Under the pieces are notes generated by a model. That model was not told the origin of the DNA. It did no database searches and was given only the letters and a program-made list of their open reading frames with translations. 64,000 bases of DNA from NCBI GenBank assembly GCA_965216755.1, contig CBDCGL010000011.1, forward strand, positions 1,440,001 to 1,504,000. Reading direction: 5' to 3'. Position numbers and translations under genes: made by a program. Positions 1-8,861 of this stretch are shown here, in pieces; position 1 is the stretch's first letter, and each line of letters begins with the position of its first letter. The DNA is from Alphaproteobacteria bacterium. GTDB lineage: Bacteria; Pseudomonadota; Alphaproteobacteria; UBA7887.

Positions 1-360
1 AGCAAGCTCGCGCACACCGTCGTCGTCGACGCCAATACCCATGAACAGATCACAGGAGCCTTTGGCAATTGAATTGCGGAGGGCTTTACCGAGGCCGCCA
101 CGAGTGCCGGTATCCGTCCAGACATATTCGATGCCCATGCCCGCGTCCTTGGCGATTGCCTCGATGATCTCAATATCGAAACCGGGCGGAAACTCGCCCT
201 GCGACGAATAAGGATAGATGTAGGGGTCGGCGCAAACCGTTAACAAGCCACGTCGTTTTGACTTCTCAAGGGCATCTTCCGCTAGTGCAGCGCCTGAAAC
301 ACAAAACAGCGCCGCCGCGCCACATACCAAGCCAAGAGCGATTCCAAGGGCCCTGTTCAC
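1..360 (-). CDS. XoxJ/MxaJ-like periplasmic substrate-binding protein associated with a quinoprotein dehydrogenase (5' part only; runs off the left edge)
   Basis: Not in the ORF track; translated by hand from GTG at 360 (GGAGG RBS at 368-372): MNRALGIALGLVCGAAALFCVSGAALAEDALEKSKRRGLLTVCADPYIYPYSSQGEFPPGFDIEI... It has a signal peptide and the L.VCADP...P.S...GF..EI pattern of MxaJ/XoxJ-type proteins, and lies directly downstream of the PQQ dehydrogenase. Confidence 0.8.
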   Translation of the reverse strand, partial: MNRALGIALGLVCGAAALFCVSGAALAEDALEKSKRRGLLTVCADPYIYPYSSQGEFPPGFDIEIIEAIAKDAGMGIEYVWTDTGTRGGLGKALRNSIAKGSCDLFMGIGVDDDGVRELA

Positions 361-379
361 CGAACATCCTCCAACTTAC

Positions 380-421
380 AAAAAAGGGGAAGGCGGACCA
401 TGCCGCCTCCCCCCGTTTTTT
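380..421 (-). terminator. Intrinsic terminator-like hairpin between the PQQ dehydrogenase and the binding protein
   Basis: Minus strand reads GGGGGAGGCGG-CATGGT-CCGCCTTCCCC-TTTTTT, an 11-bp stem with one G-U pair and a T tract; a T tract is also present on the other strand. Confidence 0.75.
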
Positions 422-468
422 GTCAACCGATCTCGTGGCCCTGGAACAGCCACGATACCGATTAAGGC

Positions 469-2199
469 CTATGGCAAACCAAAGGTGACGACAACGCCGC
501 CCTTAGAGTGCTTCTTCAGCCATTCACCGTAGTAAAGCGGCCAAATGCCACCGCCACCGGCGCCAGCCACGAACGACACCATCTGTTCGCCGCCAGCGCT
601 ATAAGAGGTTGGGTTGCCGTGGACGCCGGTACCGACGTTGAACTGCCAGAGTTCTTCACCGGTGTCATCGCGCACCGCGTGGACATAGCCTTCGGCATCA
701 CCGTAGAAAACCACACCACCGGCCGTGGCGAGCGTGCCACTCACTGCGGGCGTGCTCATCGGACGGATCCAAGCCAAGCTGCCATCAGAGGCATTATGGG
801 CACGGATGGCACCGTTGCCCTTGTTCCAGGTGATGACCTTAGCACCCAGATACCATTCGCCACGCTTCCACTCCATCTTCTTGGCCTGCAAGTCCATGGA
901 GAAGTTGTAAGTCGGCACATAGACCATGCCTGTGCGCGGGCTGTACGCCATCGGATGCCACTCTTTACCACCGTCCAGCGAGGGCGCGATGTCCCGGGTT
1001 GGGGCATCGTAGCCGACATCCATTTCCGGCCAATTCATGATCGGGCGGCAATTGTCCTCAAAGCCTTTCGCCCAGTTGACGCGGCTGATCGGCACCACCC
1101 AATTGCACTCGAAGTTCTCACGGTTGATTGAATACAGATGACCATTGCGATCACCGTGCAACCAAACCTTCTGACCATCAACATCGGCCAGAATGACTTC
1201 GTTCACGCCGTCATAGTCATACGGGTCGTTTGGCGTGTATTGGAAGTGGCCTTTAATTGAACCGTCATCCGGATCCAGCACCAAGGTACTGTTCGAATAC
1301 AGGTTGTCGCCAAGACGAACGTGACGGTCAAAGTCCGGACCCGGATTGCCAACCGGCCAGTACAGCAGGTGCAGGTCCTTGTCGTACGAACCCGTGATCC
1401 ACGCCGAGCCGCCCCCATACTTCCAGGACTCGCCGGCCCACGTATCGTTGCCCGGCTCACCCGGCGCGGGGATCGTGTAGGTCTTCCAAACTTCGTCGCC
1501 GGTTTCCGCATCACGGGCGGTGATCCAGCCACGAACACCATATTCGGCACCGGCCGTGCCGACGATGATCTTGTCCTGAAGCGCCATCGGCATCACGGTG
1601 AAGGTCTCGGCATAAGTATAGTCGCCAACAGCGACGTCATATTCGACTTCGCCAGTGGCGTTGTTCAGCTTCACAAGATGTGCATCCAGCGATGCAAGAT
1701 AAACACTGTCCTTGTAAGGCGCGACGCCGCGGTTTACCACGTCACAGCACAATTCCGGATAGACGTCAGCCGGAAGTTCACGTTCATACTTCCAGTTCAC
1801 ATCACCGGTCGCGGTGTTCACCGACCAGACCTTGTTGTAAGACGACGTCACATAGCCGGTGCCGCCGACCACGACAACTTCACTATCCTGGCCATCAAGC
1901 GAGCCAAATGACAGAATCCATTTGGCTTGAAGATCACTAGCATTGTCTTGATTGATTTGCGTCTGTAGCGCGTAACGAGTCGATTGATAATCCTTGCCAT
2001 AGTGCATCCAATTCATTGGATCCACGTCAGCATTCATCAACATGTCGTCCGATACATAGTTCGGTTGCTGCGGAGCCGCCTCGAGAACGTCGACTCCCTG
2101 AGCCCATGCGGACACCGATCCAAGACTGACAGCGCCGGCTACCAACGCAGCAACGCCCAAAGCCGAACGGCTGCAGGTCGTAAGAGACCGGTCTTTCAT
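469..2199 (-). CDS. PQQ-dependent alcohol dehydrogenase (methanol/ethanol family), predicted lanthanide-dependent
   Basis: Signal peptide; vicinal disulfide CCDVVNRG; GAEYGVRG (metal Glu); GNPGP (metal Asn); YDYDGVNE (catalytic Asp plus an extra Asp); Trp-docking propeller repeats. Start moved to ATG 2199, which follows a GGGGAGG RBS. Confidence 0.93.
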   Translation of the reverse strand: MKDRSLTTCSRSALGVAALVAGAVSLGSVSAWAQGVDVLEAAPQQPNYVSDDMLMNADVDPMNWMHYGKDYQSTRYALQTQINQDNASDLQAKWILSFGSLDGQDSEVVVVGGTGYVTSSYNKVWSVNTATGDVNWKYERELPADVYPELCCDVVNRGVAPYKDSVYLASLDAHLVKLNNATGEVEYDVAVGDYTYAETFTVMPMALQDKIIVGTAGAEYGVRGWITARDAETGDEVWKTYTIPAPGEPGNDTWAGESWKYGGGSAWITGSYDKDLHLLYWPVGNPGPDFDRHVRLGDNLYSNSTLVLDPDDGSIKGHFQYTPNDPYDYDGVNEVILADVDGQKVWLHGDRNGHLYSINRENFECNWVVPISRVNWAKGFEDNCRPIMNWPEMDVGYDAPTRDIAPSLDGGKEWHPMAYSPRTGMVYVPTYNFSMDLQAKKMEWKRGEWYLGAKVITWNKGNGAIRAHNASDGSLAWIRPMSTPAVSGTLATAGGVVFYGDAEGYVHAVRDDTGEELWQFNVGTGVHGNPTSYSAGGEQMVSFVAGAGGGGIWPLYYGEWLKKHSKGGVVVTFGLP

Positions 2200-2677
2200 G
2201 ACACAGGTCCTCCCCAAATAGTGCACTTACTACTCACAATCTCGTGCCACAGGTCTTGCCATTTCACCACGCCGCCAGAACGGCCACAGTGTTATCGTCC
2301 GCGCAAGCCAACGGAAGCGAGTCCACGACGCATTCAAGACAATCCTAGTCTAGAATATCTGGTTCCTTGGATCGGACCCTGCGTTACGAGCGATGACAAC
2401 AACTCAGACGCGCGGCCAAGCATTTAGTCATGGCCGTCGCCATCCCTGTTTTTGAGCCACCTACGCACGTCGGAGACAGCTCTGATCATCGGCGCCCAAT
2501 GTAACGAAAGTCTGTATTAGTTCAACGCAAGATCGCGTCGAAACCGAAATTGGCTGAAATCAACCGACCACAAATCCGTACATTGGAAAAGGAACTCTAG
2601 ATCTGTCGCGGTCGGCGCGAGGTCTGCCCATGTCTTGGCCGAACAAAGACGAGCAAGGCTGTATTGCGGGCCGTATT

Positions 2678-4819
2678 TTATCCGGCGAATGCGGCCTGTC
2701 CCGACCGAGACCTCTCGCCACGCTTCCGATCAGCAACCAAGGGCGGACAGCGACTTGTGTCTAAATAGTCGACCTGGCAGTCCAAACATTGAAAGCACTC
2801 GTTCAAATTAATACGCCCGTTCGGGGCGATCGCCTGAACCGGACAGGATAGTTCGCAAATATGACACGCAGTCCCGCATTGAGGCCGCCGCCGAAGCCAG
2901 TCAAACACATGGAGCCGGCCGAAGACCGAAAGCGCCGCGCCCAGCGGGCAAATATATCGGCAGTAAAATCGTTCGAAAAAGAGCCCGACAAAGACAAGCA
3001 ATCCGGCATACACAACATACGGCCACGCGCGCACGAATTTGAGTGTGATCGCCGTCTTGAAGGGTTCAATTTCGGCCAGTGCCGTTGCCAGTTCGATCGA
3101 GAACGCCGCCGCGGCGAACAGCCCCGCCACGATCGCATACTTCACCATCCACATCCGCTCGTTGGCGGCAAATGATGGCGTGTATTGGGGCACCCCGGTC
3201 CAACGCGCCAACCGCGCGAGAAGTTCCTGCAACGCCCCAAACGGGCAAAGCCAGCCACAGAACACACCGCGCCCTAATAAAATAAGCGTAACAAGTGTGT
3301 AGCCGATGATAATAACCATGAGCGGCTCAAAAAGGAGAGCGGACCACCCTGCCCCTTTGAATAGTGCCAACACATATGCAAAGACATTGACCATCGCCAA
3401 CTGGGCGCCGGCGATCCATCCCAGCCACACCAACACGAAAAGCAAAAACGCGATTCGCACAATCGCGTGCAACTGTCGGTGACGTGATAATTGATTTTGG
3501 AACAAGAGGACGGCGGTCAATACGGATAGCAATGTGATCAAAATCAGAATTTCATAGTCTTGGGCCGCCCACACCTTTTGCCAGTCGCTTAGGGCGCTTT
3601 CTCGAAACAGCCCAAAGCCAACGAAGTTGGCCTCTTTCAGGCCCGCCTCCTCTAATGCCGTATCATCGCCAACAATATAACCCGCCGGCAGGCGATAAGA
3701 GGCATGGACGGATGGACGCTCTGATTGCGCGGCATTCGCGGCACCTGCCGACGCCGGCATCGGCGCATCCACAAGCAATTCGAAGCGCCACGGCTGCACC
3801 GGATCGAAACCGACATCGCGTGATAATCGCAGCAACGCCAATTCATTGAATTTCGGTCCGCCAGCAACGCGCAAGGCCGTCGGCGGCAGCGCCATGTCGG
3901 CGCGCAAAAGTATAACCCGGTCATCCTGGATGATGCGCACGCGATCAAAAACGCCGGTCGCTTTGTAATTGCTACCGCGCCAAGAATACCGGCCGCGTCC
4001 AGCCACCATCACCAAATGTTCGCCGAACTCCAGATTCGAGAGGTGATGATTGTGCCAGCGGCGCCCGAACAAATTGCGCCCGATACCGGCAGGCGTCGCG
4101 AGAGCAACCGCAACCTCGGATGCCGGACCGGTTCCGGCATCGCGATCCTCGCCATCCCATACCAAGAGCTGGACTGCTCCATTGTCCAGCAGAGTTTGCC
4201 AATCCGCGTCTTGAAAGAGTTCGAGATCAATGCTTAGCCCACCGGCGGCGCCGACGTCGTCTTTCAGCAAACCTTTGGCGCGCGCGACCTTGCGCGCAGA
4301 CAAGACGATAGCGCCGTGCATGAGGGTCGAGCTGATCGTTGCACCCGATACGCCATCGATCACACCGCGACCGCGCCGCCGCATGGGGCTATTGATGTCC
4401 AACCCTTCCAGACGCGACAAATAGCCTTGCATGGCAGCAACCGGAATAGTACCCGGGCCAAGCATCGGTTCGTATTGTTCCAGCAGAACGCTGCCGGCGA
4501 TGCGCCCCTCCGCATCCAAACCGACGATGATATCGAAGGGTTCGCCGGCATAGCCACGGCCATCGACAAGATCGTAAGTCGAGAATAGATAGCCAATCGG
4601 CGCGTCATCGCGGATGACCTGGGCGACGGCCGGATCGTCTTGCACGTCACCGATCCCATCATTCTCTGGGAACATCATCCGAGTCAGTCCCGGACTGATC
4701 CGGGACGGCAACGGGTCGTCCATGTCGGATCGCGCCGGCCCCAGAACGGCGAAAACCGCCATGGCCGCCGCCGTGATCAAAATCCGGGACCACAAACGCG
4801 GTCCGATAACCGACGACAT
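2678..4819 (-). CDS. NosR/NirI-family membrane protein with FMN-binding domain and 4Fe-4S ferredoxin domain
   Basis: Flavinylation motif IDGVSGATISS; several TM helices; CGWLCPFG and CRYICPLG (CxxxCP); C-terminal CGTACHICELSCP and CFQCLDC clusters. Likely start MSSVIG at 4819. Confidence 0.9.
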   Translation of the reverse strand: MSSVIGPRLWSRILITAAAMAVFAVLGPARSDMDDPLPSRISPGLTRMMFPENDGIGDVQDDPAVAQVIRDDAPIGYLFSTYDLVDGRGYAGEPFDIIVGLDAEGRIAGSVLLEQYEPMLGPGTIPVAAMQGYLSRLEGLDINSPMRRRGRGVIDGVSGATISSTLMHGAIVLSARKVARAKGLLKDDVGAAGGLSIDLELFQDADWQTLLDNGAVQLLVWDGEDRDAGTGPASEVAVALATPAGIGRNLFGRRWHNHHLSNLEFGEHLVMVAGRGRYSWRGSNYKATGVFDRVRIIQDDRVILLRADMALPPTALRVAGGPKFNELALLRLSRDVGFDPVQPWRFELLVDAPMPASAGAANAAQSERPSVHASYRLPAGYIVGDDTALEEAGLKEANFVGFGLFRESALSDWQKVWAAQDYEILILITLLSVLTAVLLFQNQLSRHRQLHAIVRIAFLLFVLVWLGWIAGAQLAMVNVFAYVLALFKGAGWSALLFEPLMVIIIGYTLVTLILLGRGVFCGWLCPFGALQELLARLARWTGVPQYTPSFAANERMWMVKYAIVAGLFAAAAFSIELATALAEIEPFKTAITLKFVRAWPYVVYAGLLVFVGLFFERFYCRYICPLGAALSVFGRLHVFDWLRRRPQCGTACHICELSCPVQAIAPNGRINLNECFQCLDCQVDYLDTSRCPPLVADRKRGERSRSGQAAFAG

Positions 4820-4844
4820 GAAACGTCGACCCGAGCTGCGCGGG

Positions 4845-5645
4845 CTATCGTACGTTGACGAACGGCAGAGAAGCCGCGCCAAGCGTGTTGCCGGCAACAA
4901 ACATCGGCTGGTTTGGCGAAGTTGGCGATTGCGCCAAAGGTACACCGATTTCCCGAACGAGCTTTTCTAACATGGCCGCCGCGAAGTCTTCATAGTCTTC
5001 CGCGATCATCAGAAAAGCGCCCGTGCCACCGATCACGCTGTGCAGGTAGTAGCCGTCGACAAACGGCTCTTCATTGAGAATTGCCAAGCCGTTGACTGTA
5101 ACCCCGGCGGCAATAGCCTCATCCCGCATGCGCATCGGCTCGACGCCGGAATTCGCGCGGCCATCGCCTGATACATCGATGACTCTTCGCAGCCCCTCGA
5201 TGTCGTTGTCGTCGAGATGATCTAGTGCGGCACGCAAGGCCCCACCAATGGCCGTTTGGCCGCCGACGATGCGCCTTGGCGTCCGCTGCACCCGTTTGGC
5301 GAGCGCCGCGGCGGACTCCGCGTCGCGAATAATAGTCCAATCCACGGCCAGCGCCTGTTCGCCCTTGTCCGACCACTGAATAATGGAAACCGCGACGCCG
5401 CTGCCGCCGGCGGCATGGACAGCGTCGACCACATCCGGATGCCGCAGCGCTTCTGCAAGCCCCCGCATCTGTAGGGCATACTCATCCTCGCTGACGCTTG
5501 ATGAGACGTCGACAGCCAGCACGAGCTCCAAATCCACCCAGTCCTGCGCCAACGCTGCGGTCGGACCAGATATCCCCCACAGGCCAGCGACCAACACCGC
5601 AAACCCGCTATAGTGCGCCAAACTGCGCCCGATCGGCTTCATCAT
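4845..5645 (-). CDS. DUF1194 (VWA-like) exported protein
   Basis: Signal peptide, then DLELVLAVDVSSSV (MIDAS-like DxSxS), RRVIDVSGDG and VTVNGLAI...VIGG.GAF, typical of DUF1194. Confidence 0.85.
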   Translation of the reverse strand: MMKPIGRSLAHYSGFAVLVAGLWGISGPTAALAQDWVDLELVLAVDVSSSVSEDEYALQMRGLAEALRHPDVVDAVHAAGGSGVAVSIIQWSDKGEQALAVDWTIIRDAESAAALAKRVQRTPRRIVGGQTAIGGALRAALDHLDDNDIEGLRRVIDVSGDGRANSGVEPMRMRDEAIAAGVTVNGLAILNEEPFVDGYYLHSVIGGTGAFLMIAEDYEDFAAAMLEKLVREIGVPLAQSPTSPNQPMFVAGNTLGAASLPFVNVR

Positions 5646-5681
5646 GGCGTTATCAATGGCACAAGTGCCGCAAAAGACCAA

Positions 5682-7520
5682 TCAATTGATTGCCATTTCA
5701 TCGGCTGCAATCACCGCCAGAGCCCAGGCCGCGGCGAACCGAACCGCTGGGTCGGCGTCATCCAAAGCACGTGTCAAGTCGGCGACGGCGGGTGCGGCAC
5801 GCGCCCTCATATCTCGTAACGCGCCGGCCGCCGCTCGTCTCACATTCCGGTCTGGATCCCGAAGCGCCCGCTTCATCACCGCGATGTCGAACTTCGCTTT
5901 GACACCAAACTTGTCCAGTACCGCACTGCGCATGCGTGGCTCGCTCCGGGGACGATCATCCAAGGCCGCGACTACCGCCGGAACACCGATCTCAGGATCC
6001 GCACCGAGATGCTCAAGCGCCCACGCCGCCGCCCATGCGACGTCCGGTTCCAGATCATCCAGCGCCGACAACAGGGTCGGCACCGCACCGGGATGGCCAA
6101 TGCGTTCCAGCGCCACGACCGTCGCCAGTCGCACGTCAAAATCCGGATCCGCGATCCGGCCAACCACGCGCGGTAACGCTTCGCCAGCCGGTGGCCCGAT
6201 CAGGCCCAGGGTACTGATCGCCGCGCGCCGCGTTTCAGGATCGGGATCGGCGACTGCGGAAGAAAGCGCACCAAGAGCTGCGGCGGCATCCTGACCGATT
6301 TCCTCGAGGGCACGCACCGACATCCGGCGCGCTTCCGCGTCAACACCGGCGATGACCTGCGCCAATTCAGCGACCGCGATCTTGCCATATTTGGCCAGGG
6401 CATCCGCCGCCGCCAAACGCACGGTACTCTCATTATCGACGAGGGCCTCCACGAGCCGGGGCATCACCAAATCGGCCGACCCGGCAATGTTCCCCAGCGC
6501 CACGGTCGCCAAGCGGCGCAAATCCTTGTTTGGATTGTCGGTTATGTCCAATAAAGGTAAGACCGCAGCACCGGCGGCCGGGCCAACCGCGCCCAGCGCA
6601 CGGACGGCGGCGACACGTACATCGTCATCCGGATCCAACAATGTCTCGATCAGAGCGGGGACGACTATTCTTTCGATCGCTGCCCGATGTGCGTTAGCCG
6701 CTGCGGAGCGTTGCGCCGCATCCTTGCCTTTCGGGAATTCCGGCGGTGCGCCGATAGCCTGGCCGACATCGTCCATCCAGGCACTCTGTTCGACGATACG
6801 CCCAAGGGCGCCCGCCGCGGCACGACGAACCCGGCGGTCCTTGTCCGCAAGCGCGGCAACAAGCGGTTCCAGTGCGGCACGGGCTTCGCCCCCAATCCCT
6901 GTCAGGGCGCGTGCCGCAGTGTACCGGGTTTGCGGGTCTGGATTCCGCAAAGCTTCAATAAGATACGGCACAGCCGGCGATCGCATATTGGCCAAGGCCC
7001 CGGCGGCCGCCGACCGAACGGATAGGTCGGGATCTGCCAACGCACCAACGAGGTGCGGGATCGATGCGAGCGCGCGCGTGCCGATAACGCTTAAAGCACC
7101 CGCCGCGGCTCGCCGAACTTGCGGTTCGGCATCGGACAGGGCATCGATCAACGCTGGGTTGGTGTGATTGAGCTGCGCGCCAATGCGCTCCAATGCGATG
7201 ATGGCCGCGACGCGGACGTCGATCGCGGGATCTCGCGTCAAAACCACCAGATCAGGCACCAGGTGACGGGCCTCACCGACATCTAGGGCCCCGATCGCGC
7301 GCGCGGCGATGGCGCGTCTGCCAGGGTCGGGCGCGGACAGCGCAGCTCGCAGATTGTCGGTTGGATTGACGGCCCCAGCCTCGATCGCGGCGGTACTCAG
7401 CCACAGAAACCAAATCAGAACCAGAATACCGTTCCGATGTGTCCGGCGGCTCACTTCGCGCCACGCGTCACAAAAAGAATCGCCACCGGTGGCCGCGCGC
7501 GGACTCGCTTTGTTCGGCAT
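5682..7520 (-). CDS. HEAT/PBS-lyase-like repeat protein with N-terminal signal or TM segment
   Basis: About 15 repeats of the form L..AL.D.D..VR.AAA.AL..IG; hydrophobic N-terminal segment ILVLIWFLWLSTAAIEA. Confidence 0.85.
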   Translation of the reverse strand: MPNKASPRAATGGDSFCDAWREVSRRTHRNGILVLIWFLWLSTAAIEAGAVNPTDNLRAALSAPDPGRRAIAARAIGALDVGEARHLVPDLVVLTRDPAIDVRVAAIIALERIGAQLNHTNPALIDALSDAEPQVRRAAAGALSVIGTRALASIPHLVGALADPDLSVRSAAAGALANMRSPAVPYLIEALRNPDPQTRYTAARALTGIGGEARAALEPLVAALADKDRRVRRAAAGALGRIVEQSAWMDDVGQAIGAPPEFPKGKDAAQRSAAANAHRAAIERIVVPALIETLLDPDDDVRVAAVRALGAVGPAAGAAVLPLLDITDNPNKDLRRLATVALGNIAGSADLVMPRLVEALVDNESTVRLAAADALAKYGKIAVAELAQVIAGVDAEARRMSVRALEEIGQDAAAALGALSSAVADPDPETRRAAISTLGLIGPPAGEALPRVVGRIADPDFDVRLATVVALERIGHPGAVPTLLSALDDLEPDVAWAAAWALEHLGADPEIGVPAVVAALDDRPRSEPRMRSAVLDKFGVKAKFDIAVMKRALRDPDRNVRRAAAGALRDMRARAAPAVADLTRALDDADPAVRFAAAWALAVIAADEMAIN

Positions 7521-7621
7521 AAGGTCAATTATGCCGTAACTCTCCGTGACCTGTCAGTTGGCCTGTCTGGTAAAACCTGGTGCGACCGGCGAACCGCGCG
7601 CCGTCGGGGGCTATGGCGTGA

Positions 7622-8395
7622 CTAGGCCGGCAGGAACCATGAGGAACCGCGCGCCTTCTTTTTCCCTTTTCGATCGTCCGCCGCCTGGCCGGTCGCGCGC
7701 GCCTCGTCTTCTTCATTCATGGCGGCGAGACGTTGATTCATCGCGGCGAGCATTGCTTCGGCTTCTTTTTCCGGAGACTCCGCGTCATCATCGTCGTCGG
7801 CTTCAGACGGCGCGTCGAGCGCGTCAGAACCGGAAACTATCTCGGCGACCTCTGGATCGGTCGCAGATTCGTCCAAATCATGCTCGATCGCGGTTTCTTC
7901 CGCCACCAGTTCGGTCGTCGGGCTATCCGTGTCAGCAGCCTCGGCCTCCCCGGCGCTGGTCGTGCTACGCGCCTCGCTCTGCTCGATCGCGGCAGGTATG
8001 ATGCCAGAATTCGCCGACTCACCCGGCGACTCGGAGACCAAGGCGAATAGACGTTGCTCAATCGTGGTCTCGTTGCCGCCGCCCACTTCCGGTTCGCCGC
8101 GCTCGACGGTATTCAGCAAAGTACTCAGCATAGTCCGCAGGGTTTCATTTTCCTGCCGCAAGACCTCGTTGGTGTCGCGAAAATGCTCGTTTTCTTCGCG
8201 TATGGCCGACACTTGAGCCTCACGTTGCGCGACTTCGTCGCGCTTTTCTTGCTGACGTTTCTCGACAAGTTCGACCAGGTCCGCGAGACCTTTGCCGTAA
8301 TTCTTGCGCTGCTCGTCGATCTGCCCGAATCGTTGCTCGGCAGCCCGAACGCGCTTTTGCAGTTCGTCAATATCAGCGATGACGCGACCGTCCAT
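7622..8395 (-). CDS. Hypothetical protein with N-terminal coiled coil and long acidic disordered tail
   Basis: Heptad-rich E/K/R/Q/L N-terminal half and D/E/A/S-rich C-terminal half; start uncertain (ATG 8395). Confidence 0.7.
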   Translation of the reverse strand: MDGRVIADIDELQKRVRAAEQRFGQIDEQRKNYGKGLADLVELVEKRQQEKRDEVAQREAQVSAIREENEHFRDTNEVLRQENETLRTMLSTLLNTVERGEPEVGGGNETTIEQRLFALVSESPGESANSGIIPAAIEQSEARSTTSAGEAEAADTDSPTTELVAEETAIEHDLDESATDPEVAEIVSGSDALDAPSEADDDDDAESPEKEAEAMLAAMNQRLAAMNEEDEARATGQAADDRKGKKKARGSSWFLPA

Positions 8396-8861
8396 TTTCC
8401 CGTTAGCTCCCAACGCCTTACGCCTCAACGCATGTGCATTGCCGGGGCAGTAACCGCCAAGGCTTGGCATATCCCCGTATGTCTACAGATCACAGGCCCA
8501 ATCAGGCCGAAATCAGCATGCCCGACCTGCCAGCACGCGGATGCGATCGCGGTCACAACGGTACCTTTTGCCACAGTTATGGCGGATTATTGCTGTCAAA
8601 CAAAGGTTTGGCACGTCGGCCCGGTCACACCGACGTATTGTGCGTCACATCCATTGTCACCGATTGCGCATGACGAAGTTCAATGTCGATTGCGGCAGTG
8701 CAATAAAGCGTCTTGCCCAAAGTTGTAAGACATCAATCAGGCATGCAGCTGTCACAACCTTTGAAACAAAAGTAAATCACGCACCGTATTGTTTGCTTCT
8801 GTCATCCCCCCCATATCCAAAAGGTGCGTTGGCATCTTTATCAAACTTTCGGGTCGTAACA

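Noticed and set aside
508-1911. Long plus-strand ORFs (207 aa, 196 aa) opposite the PQQ dehydrogenase
   Set aside because: Antisense shadows of a well-supported gene in GC-rich DNA, with no motifs. The same applies to most short ORFs in the track.
2236-2250. Possible sigma-54 promoter TGGCACGAGATTGT on the minus strand upstream of the ADH
   Set aside because: The -12 element is off by one base and lacks the GC; sigma-54 spacing is strict.
5682-7520. HEAT repeat periodicity as a possible DNA repeat array or CRISPR
   Set aside because: The repeats are degenerate and visible only at protein level; there are no identical DNA repeats with spacers and no cas genes.
8541-8861. 107-aa N-terminal extension of PrkA in the ORF track
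   Set aside because: Family similarity begins at MDVFDLF (8862); the extension reads like translated promoter DNA.
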